Of a stretch of DNA of 51,596 bases, positions 45,327 through 51,596 are shown piece by piece. Position 1 is the stretch's first letter; each line of letters opens with the position of its first letter. The stretch is from Alphaproteobacteria bacterium (GTDB lineage: Bacteria; Pseudomonadota; Alphaproteobacteria; RF32; CAG-239): positions 1 to 51,596 of the forward strand of contig JAFVEP010000054.1 of the NCBI GenBank assembly GCA_017475935.1. The letters are read 5' to 3'. The translations under genes were made by a program, and so were the position numbers. The notes under the pieces were generated by a model. It was not told the origin of the DNA, searched no databases, and was given only the letters and a program-made list of their open reading frames with translations.

Positions 45327-46745
45327 ATGATCGAAAGTTTTATATATTTATCTCCTTTATTGGTTCTTCTGGTCGGTTTAATGTTATTTTCGGCCACCGA
45401 ATTTGAAAATGACGAGCAAATGCGGTGCTTTAAAATATGCCGCAATATTTTAAGTCTCAGTTTGTTTTTAGCTGTCATTTTCTACAACCGTCCGATGATC
45501 ACCGGTTTAACTTCAGCCAACAAATTCACCTTAGTTTTTCAAATCATAACTTATACCAGCGCACTGGCTGTTTTATATTTATCCCGCAAGTGGTTTTCCA
45601 ACATGAAAATCTCCGGACATAAATACTGCTATTGCTTAATAACTTCGGTTTTAGCCGCTGATCTGCTGATTATTTCCCACAATATTCTGCTCACACTCGG
45701 ATCATCGTTGCTCCTTCTCTTCAGCAATTTTTTGATGATGAAAAATGCGGAAAACAAAAAAGACCTGTCTATCAATGTCCGCGTTTATCTTATATCATCA
45801 ATATGCTTTGTGACTTTAATGTGTATTGCCGCCTTTTTACTTTATTATTTGAGTAATTCATTTGATTATACCGCTATTTTGGCTTACCTGGATACACAAC
45901 AGCAAGACGCCATCACATTTACAGCTTCGGCGATGTTTATCCTCGGTTTTATCTTCATGATCGGTTTAGCCCCGATGCATTTTTGCTTAACGGAAACACT
46001 CGGAAAAGTTATGCTTCCGGTTTTTGCCTATTTTATGCTGGTTCCGACAGCTGCATACTGGGCTGGTTTCATTCGTTTAAACATGAAAATGCTATCCCCT
46101 TTGATCAATGAATTTCATCTTTTTTACATTACAATCGCGCTACTTTCTGTTGCTGTCGGCGCCATCGGAACATGCAGCGGGCAAAATATCCGCAAAATCA
46201 TGGCATACAGCGCGGTATACCAATGGGGAATCATATTTTTAATGTTGCAGTATTTTACACCGGATTCCGCCGATGCTGCCTTTGTCTGTTTAATTTTATA
46301 TCTTCTGGCAATGTATGGCATATGCGTCTGCCTTTTCAGTTTAAAAATAAAAGGAGAATATCTTTTCATGCTCAACGAATTTTCCGGCGCATCAACAAAG
46401 CGACCATATGTCTCGGCTTTATTTACCGTATTTTTATTTTCTCTTTTGGGATTTCCCCCTCTTCCCGGATTTTTAAGCATTTTTTCCGTACTCAACAATC
46501 TTTCCATGCACGGACACTATTATCAAATCGTTTATCTTTTAACGATGATGTTTTTCATCGCCTACGCCTATCTGCAGATCGTTAAGACCTTTTATTTTGA
46601 AACAAAACAGAGTGCCTTTGACAGAGCCGATTGGGGGATCTATGCCTTGCTGTGTATTCAGGTTGTTTTCATGTTTCTGATCGTGTTAAAGCCGCACTAT
46701 CTTTTGGAAAATTTAAATTTTATGATGGAGGCAGCCCTTGGATAA
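45327..46745 (+). CDS. Divergent NuoN-like subunit
   Basis: 472 aa and polytopic. GLAPMHFCLTETLGKVMLPVFAYF, KIMAYSAVYQWG and LLGFPPLPGFLSIF are NuoN/ND2-like. The end overlaps birA by 8 nt. Confidence 0.7.
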   Translation: MIESFIYLSPLLVLLVGLMLFSATEFENDEQMRCFKICRNILSLSLFLAVIFYNRPMITGLTSANKFTLVFQIITYTSALAVLYLSRKWFSNMKISGHKYCYCLITSVLAADLLIISHNILLTLGSSLLLLFSNFLMMKNAENKKDLSINVRVYLISSICFVTLMCIAAFLLYYLSNSFDYTAILAYLDTQQQDAITFTASAMFILGFIFMIGLAPMHFCLTETLGKVMLPVFAYFMLVPTAAYWAGFIRLNMKMLSPLINEFHLFYITIALLSVAVGAIGTCSGQNIRKIMAYSAVYQWGIIFLMLQYFTPDSADAAFVCLILYLLAMYGICVCLFSLKIKGEYLFMLNEFSGASTKRPYVSALFTVFLFSLLGFPPLPGFLSIFSVLNNLSMHGHYYQIVYLLTMMFFIAYAYLQIVKTFYFETKQSAFDRADWGIYALLCIQVVFMFLIVLKPHYLLENLNFMMEAALG

Positions 46746-47457
46746 AATACAGCCATGGGAACTTTTTTGTTTTGACGAGGTTACAAGCACCAATGACAAA
46801 GCCAAAGAGCTTTGCCGTGAAGGCGGTCATTTTTACGTTGTTTCCGCCCGAAAACAGACCAAAGGACGCGGGCGGCGCGGCCATCACTGGATCAGTCAGG
46901 AAGGAAATTTATTTTGTTCTCTGGCTTTTGAATTTTCGCTTCAAGACTTGGGAGCCATTGTTTTACTGACCTCACTAAGTCTTTTGCAAACAATAACATC
47001 TTACGATCAAAATGCCGAAGTTACTTTAAAATGGCCGAATGATGTTCTCTTGAATAAAGCCAAAATCAGCGGTATATTAATTGAAAAGGCTGAGCAAGAT
47101 TATTGGATTATCGGAATCGGTGTGAATATCAAACAAGCTCCGGAGTTGACTGATTGCACCTATAAAGCAACCTCATTGATGGACCACGAAATTGATACTT
47201 CGGCCCCGATATTTTTGCAAAAATTTTTGCATACTTTTACAAAAAATATAGATATGTGGCATACCGCCGGTTTTGCAAGTGTAAAAAATTCATGGTTGAG
47301 TCACGCCCCCGATCTCGGCCGAACAATCAAGGTCAGACTTGAAAACCAAAATGTAGAGGGAGTTTTTACGGATATTGACAATAACGGTTTTTTATTGTTA
47401 AAAACAAATACAGGTGTAATCACGATCACAGCAGGTGAAATTTTTACGGATAGGTAA
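46738..47457 (+). CDS. birA: Biotin--[acetyl-CoA-carboxylase] ligase (class I, no HTH)
   Basis: QTKGRGRRGHHW, KWPNDVL and KISGILIE. TTG start. Confidence 0.9.
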   Translation: MDKIQPWELFCFDEVTSTNDKAKELCREGGHFYVVSARKQTKGRGRRGHHWISQEGNLFCSLAFEFSLQDLGAIVLLTSLSLLQTITSYDQNAEVTLKWPNDVLLNKAKISGILIEKAEQDYWIIGIGVNIKQAPELTDCTYKATSLMDHEIDTSAPIFLQKFLHTFTKNIDMWHTAGFASVKNSWLSHAPDLGRTIKVRLENQNVEGVFTDIDNNGFLLLKTNTGVITITAGEIFTDR

Positions 47458-47459
47458 AC

Positions 47460-49130
47460 ATGGCAGATTTAACAAAGGAAGGTATTTACTTTTTGCCGCT
47501 GGGCGGCGCTGATGATATTGGCATGAATATGTATGTTTATGCCGTCAACGGAAAAATGATTGTCGTTGATGTCGGCTACGGCTTTTTACTGGATTACCCG
47601 GGAATGGAGATGGCTTACGCCTCACCGGATTTTTTTGATGAACATCAAGAAGATATTTTAGGCCTATTCATTACGCATGCACATGAAGACCATTTGGGGG
47701 CTATCGCACAGATATGGCCGCATCTGAAATGTCCGGTTTATGCTATGGACTTCACAATCGGTTTAATCAAAGAACGCTTAAATGAATTCAAAATGGCCGA
47801 TCAAGTTCCGCTGATTTCGGTGAATCAAAGCCGAAATGTTATTTTACCGAACTTCAACGTTGAATTTATCCCTGTGGCTCATTCCGTACCGCAGACTTGT
47901 GCATTGGCTATTCGTACCCGATACGGCAACGTTTTACACGCCACCGATTGGCGTTTCGATGACGAGGCTTTGTCTATGCTTCCGACTGATTATGCGGCCC
48001 TGCAGAAATTCGCCGATGAAGGGGTTTCATTGTTTGTATGCGATTCGACGAATGTTATGTTAGATCAAAAAACGCCAACGGAAGCAGATGTGCGCAAAAA
48101 CTTAATCCGGCTTATTCCAACCATTGAAGGGGGCATTATCGTGACTTGTTTTGCATCCAATATGATGCGCCTCGAAAGTTTAATGCTAGCCGCAGAAGCC
48201 GCGGGACGAACGCCGGTTTTACTGGGACGCTCTCTAGCCACATGCGTCAAAATCGCCAAAGAATGCGGTTATTTAAACACCGGCGCACAGGCCTGCACCA
48301 TTGAAGCCGGAAAAGATATTCCAGCAGATAAAGCCTTATATATCTGCACGGGCTCACAAGCTAACTATCGCAGTGCCATGAGCCTGATTGCCAACGGCGA
48401 GAGCAAATACGTCAAACTCGATAAGTCCGATACGGTTATTTTTTCTTCCAAACTCATCCCCGGCAATGAAGAAAAAGTTGAACGCATGCAGGAAAAAATG
48501 CATGATTTGGGCGCGACAATCATTACCAATGAAACAGATTTAGTCCATGCCACCGGACATGCTTGCAAAGAAGACCTTAAGAAGATGTATGATCTGATAA
48601 AACCGGCCATTGTGCTTCCGGTTCACGGCGATAAAAGGTTCATCCGCGAACACAAGCGTTTTGCGTCGGCATGCGGAATCAAAGAGGTTTTTTCGGCACG
48701 CAACGGCGATGTCTGCCTGCTTCAGAATAACCACATCCATCTTGAAGACACTGTGATCACCGATGTTCTCGGATGGGATCGGTCGCACGCCGTTTCCCTG
48801 TCCTCACAAGTGATCAAAAACCGTCGACGAATTGCTTTTAACTGCTCCATGTACATCAGTGCGGTCATCAAAGACAAACAGCTTCTCGACATCAACGTCA
48901 CATCAATCGATATTCTCAACGAAGAAGATTGGATGAATTTAATTGATGAAATATTGCAAAAGGTACGTCCGCTCATCAGTGAAAAGCTTCTGGTCACAGA
49001 AAACAGAGCACAAATTGAAGATTTTATTCGCGGACAAATCAGACGGCGAGTCTTTTCTGCCACTGATATTAAACCGGTCACTATGCTCCACATCTATTAC
49101 CTTGACGATTGCACATCCGATGAAAAATAA
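47460..49130 (+). CDS. rnj: Ribonuclease J (MBL/beta-CASP)
   Basis: 556 aa. HAHEDHLGA, beta-CASP motifs and the position after birA. Confidence 0.9.
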   Translation: MADLTKEGIYFLPLGGADDIGMNMYVYAVNGKMIVVDVGYGFLLDYPGMEMAYASPDFFDEHQEDILGLFITHAHEDHLGAIAQIWPHLKCPVYAMDFTIGLIKERLNEFKMADQVPLISVNQSRNVILPNFNVEFIPVAHSVPQTCALAIRTRYGNVLHATDWRFDDEALSMLPTDYAALQKFADEGVSLFVCDSTNVMLDQKTPTEADVRKNLIRLIPTIEGGIIVTCFASNMMRLESLMLAAEAAGRTPVLLGRSLATCVKIAKECGYLNTGAQACTIEAGKDIPADKALYICTGSQANYRSAMSLIANGESKYVKLDKSDTVIFSSKLIPGNEEKVERMQEKMHDLGATIITNETDLVHATGHACKEDLKKMYDLIKPAIVLPVHGDKRFIREHKRFASACGIKEVFSARNGDVCLLQNNHIHLEDTVITDVLGWDRSHAVSLSSQVIKNRRRIAFNCSMYISAVIKDKQLLDINVTSIDILNEEDWMNLIDEILQKVRPLISEKLLVTENRAQIEDFIRGQIRRRVFSATDIKPVTMLHIYYLDDCTSDEK

Positions 49131-49133
49131 ATC

Positions 49134-49162
49134 TTGAATTTTGTTTATTTCTTTGCTATAAT
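49134..49162 (+). promoter_or_regulatory. Near-consensus sigma70 promoter
   Basis: TTGAAT (49134-39), exactly 17 nt, TATAAT (49157-62), immediately upstream of the 49183 CDS. Confidence 0.5.
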
Positions 49163-49182
49163 TGGACAAAATGGAGCGAGTA

Positions 49183-50463
49183 ATGCCTAATCTTTTAGAT
49201 GTAAATAGACCTTTAGCCCAAGGTATTGTGGGAGAAACAGAGGATAAAAGAAATGAAAAATTGCTTCGTATTGCGCATTTAAAAGAGCGCAACACGCTTC
49301 TGTTTACCCAAAATGCTGATGAAAAAAAGCCTTCAGATGCTCAGGCCTATCAAGAAATCACCGAAGCATGTTTTGATTTTTTAAGAACAAGAAGTCAAGA
49401 AGACGAAGATGCGCTGGCTCAAGTTTTGGAAAAAAACAATCTTGAATTGCATTGCTATAAAGCAAGCCCTGTATCTAGAGATAAAAAGTTAGTTGCCCGC
49501 ATGGCTTTTAATGGTTATGTTGACAGACCGAATGAATATGAACTTTCACCTTTATTTCGCAATATGAAAAATAATCCGCTACAACGTCAGCCATACAAAA
49601 GTGAAGACTATGATCTCTCTTACTCTACGGCATGGAATGTTTTTAAACAAGTTCCCGAATTTGCCGAAATTGAAGATGCCGTCAAGAAAGGATTGGCAAC
49701 GTATGGCATTCCGCCGGAAAAATTAAGCGAGATAGGAGCTAAAGATTTGTGTTTTATCATCAATGAACAATTCCGTGGCCGAGGTCGTGACAGTGCAAAA
49801 GTTTTTTCGGAAAGTTATAAAGCACGGCACACCAAGCGTTTTATCAATGAAAATGAAAAAGAATTTCGGCACAGCCTCCTCTCGTGCGGGGGGGTACGCC
49901 GAGACTACGTGGATGCTTTAGTTGCTGCCATGAAGCGAGGATTGACAGATTTAACCAAAATTCGCGATGAACAAGGAAATCCTATATGGAAAGAAGAATG
50001 GAAAGATCAACCGGTTGTTGATGTTCACCATATTGTTAACATTAAAGATTGCTCTGCTTTGGAAGAAGACGGCTCAAAAAGTTTTATGAATGTCAACAAC
50101 TATGAAAATATGTGCTTTATTGTGCGCCATCCTCAACACGATGCCATGCATGCGCTGGAACATGACCTTGTTGAAGACAGACCGCGCAATGATATTTTCT
50201 ACAATCGCGAGCTGGATGAAAAATATATCTATCGCATCCAACCGCCGGAAGGTGTAAAATGTATGGTTGGTTTTCATAATTTTATTTATGATAAAGAATA
50301 TTTACAAAAGCATTCTCAAGAAGCAACTAAACATGCTAAAGCACAAAGTTACTACAAAAACCAACAGCAAAACAGAAACAACGATCGCTTCAATAATAAA
50401 GGTCTGAAATTTAAAGGCGGACGCCTGTCACAGAAACATAAAGGAAATAATTATGGATACTAA
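49183..50463 (+). CDS. Uncharacterised protein with a C-terminal HNH/AHH-like (beta-beta-alpha-Me) nuclease motif; candidate toxin
   Basis: VVDVHHIVNIKD...NVNNYENMCFIVRHPQHDAMHALEH at nt ~50015-50165, followed by a basic Asn/Gln/Lys-rich tail. No signal peptide. The ATG at 49183 lies 6 nt after GGAG. The track's TTG at 49162 sits inside the -10 box. Confidence 0.5.
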   Translation: MPNLLDVNRPLAQGIVGETEDKRNEKLLRIAHLKERNTLLFTQNADEKKPSDAQAYQEITEACFDFLRTRSQEDEDALAQVLEKNNLELHCYKASPVSRDKKLVARMAFNGYVDRPNEYELSPLFRNMKNNPLQRQPYKSEDYDLSYSTAWNVFKQVPEFAEIEDAVKKGLATYGIPPEKLSEIGAKDLCFIINEQFRGRGRDSAKVFSESYKARHTKRFINENEKEFRHSLLSCGGVRRDYVDALVAAMKRGLTDLTKIRDEQGNPIWKEEWKDQPVVDVHHIVNIKDCSALEEDGSKSFMNVNNYENMCFIVRHPQHDAMHALEHDLVEDRPRNDIFYNRELDEKYIYRIQPPEGVKCMVGFHNFIYDKEYLQKHSQEATKHAKAQSYYKNQQQNRNNDRFNNKGLKFKGGRLSQKHKGNNYGY

Positions 50464-50878
50464 AATTATGATTGAAACACTAAAAACACATGTCGGTTAC
50501 AATCTACCGGCAACGTTAGCGCAAATTAAAATGTGCAACATGAAACTTAAGCAAAACAATCTGCCGGAAATCCCTATTGATTTTGCCAATCTGTTGATGC
50601 AATGCAATGGTTTTTCCAATGATGATGCTGAGGTTTTCGGTGCTGAAAGCAAAGGACACAATGTGTATCGTGATCTGGTTGAGTACAATCTATCATTCTT
50701 CCGCCATCAGGCAGCCAGTTGGCTGGTTTTGGGCAAAGATGACATGTACTTCTTAGGTTATGATCAGAAAAAGGGCATGTATGCCATTATTGATCAAGAT
50801 ACACTGGAAGCCGAATTTTCAACTGAAAGTTTGCCCGAAGCACTGGGGTACATCCTGCGCGTTGATCTCAATGATTAA
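50453..50878 (+). CDS. SMI1/KNR4 (SUKH)-like protein; candidate immunity protein
   Basis: 141 aa. LPEIPIDFANLLMQCNGFS...VFG resembles the SUKH LPxDYxxFLxxxNG motif. AAGGAA SD. It overlaps the upstream gene by 11 nt. Confidence 0.5.
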   Translation: MDTKIMIETLKTHVGYNLPATLAQIKMCNMKLKQNNLPEIPIDFANLLMQCNGFSNDDAEVFGAESKGHNVYRDLVEYNLSFFRHQAASWLVLGKDDMYFLGYDQKKGMYAIIDQDTLEAEFSTESLPEALGYILRVDLND

Positions 50879-50890
50879 CACGATAGTACA

Positions 50891-50920
50891 AAAAAAGGCA
50901 TCGTTTGATGCCTTTTTTTT
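50891..50920. terminator. Bidirectional rho-independent terminator
   Basis: A7-GGCATC-GTTT-GATGCC-T8. Confidence 0.7.
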
Positions 50921-50937
50921 GTTGTAACAGTCTCTTT

Positions 50938-51493
50938 TTAGAAGATGTACTTCAATCCAATCAGCCCCGTGTGATCTTGATAATCATCACGATAAGCGCC
51001 CAGATAGTTGACATTCGCCGACAAACGATCCGTCAACTCTGCTGTTAATCCCGCATTGAATTCAACGCCGAACCGCGGCAATCTCTTACCATGAACCGTA
51101 TAGCTTGCACCATTGGCCACGCCGACAACCCATGCCGCTGCCGCTCGTTAAGCTGATCAAATTCAAACCGCCGTAACTCTTATCACCGTTTTCCGGTTCA
51201 TACATGCCTAAGTTGACCTGTGCTGCATCCGTAAAGCTGACTTTCTGCGCACTCATTGTGTTATTTAAATTCAATTCCGCCGCATTACCGATATTGACAG
51301 TACCATTTCCACCTTCAAAACTACCGTTAAACGTCGTCTTTGAATTTGCCATTTTGATATCTTTGGCCTCGTACCGGAAAAAACAAGCGTCTATTCCATA
51401 TATCTGCGAAAAAGAATACGAACTTTTTGCATATATGTCAATATTTTTTAAATATTTTGTGTTTGCACATTTAAAATGGAACACCTTTTGCAC
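50938..51493 (-). pseudogene. Autotransporter / OMP beta-barrel remnant (frameshifted, truncated)
   Basis: The C-terminal piece ends ...GAYRDDYQDHTGLIGLKYIF, with a terminal aromatic. The upstream piece has passenger-like NGTVNIGNAAELNLNN. The two pieces overlap in different frames at 51086-51120. There is no signal peptide and about 190 aa in total, too short for a barrel. Confidence 0.5.
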
Positions 51494-51539
51494 AATTAAA
51501 ACGGAACAGTTAGAGTTAGCATATACAGGAGCTAACTCT

Positions 51540-51596
51540 ATGAAAAATCAAGAAGAAAAAGAAAAATATCAATCAATAATCGATGAACGTTTAAGC
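51540..51596 (+). CDS. 5' end of an unidentified CDS running off the window
   Basis: AGGAG SD then ATG at 51540 (MKNQEEKEKYQSIIDERLS...). Only 19 codons are visible. Confidence 0.3.
   Translation, partial: MKNQEEKEKYQSIIDERLS

Overview
AT-rich (about 40% GC by eye), tightly packed chromosomal segment with about 45 protein genes, one RNase P RNA and one tRNA-Lys. The gene order is the pattern I associate with Alphaproteobacteria: lpxC-bamD-recN-uvrC, TPR-bamB-der, rlpA-dacC-tmk-holB-tatD-MBL, and nuoLMN-like-birA-rnj. With adhE present, this suggests a fermentative, possibly host-associated lineage, but that is inference. Most of the window is housekeeping: cell envelope, DNA repair, translation and central metabolism.

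The main non-housekeeping signals are:
1. An orphan, highly divergent NuoL/M/N-like membrane module. It lacks nuoA-K and is headed by two unknown tandem-paralogous small soluble proteins. Its M-like gene is cut by one in-frame TAA.
2. A family of 75-78 bp tandem palindromic repeat units whose 7-bp stems covary. The arrays sit next to both copies of an unusual type IV pilin-like paralog pair.
3. A self-promoted candidate HNH-like nuclease gene overlapping a SUKH/SMI1-KNR4-like immunity gene.
4. A Schlafen/AlbA_2-domain gene translationally coupled to rnhA.
5. PgsA carrying a histone-H1-like Lys/Ala tail.
6. A lytic transglycosylase whose signal peptide is cut by an in-frame TGA.
7. A small GC-rich structured spacer with a partial tRNA-Lys 3' duplication.

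No CRISPR array, transposase or integrase was seen. All product calls rest on motif recognition by eye, because no searches could be run.
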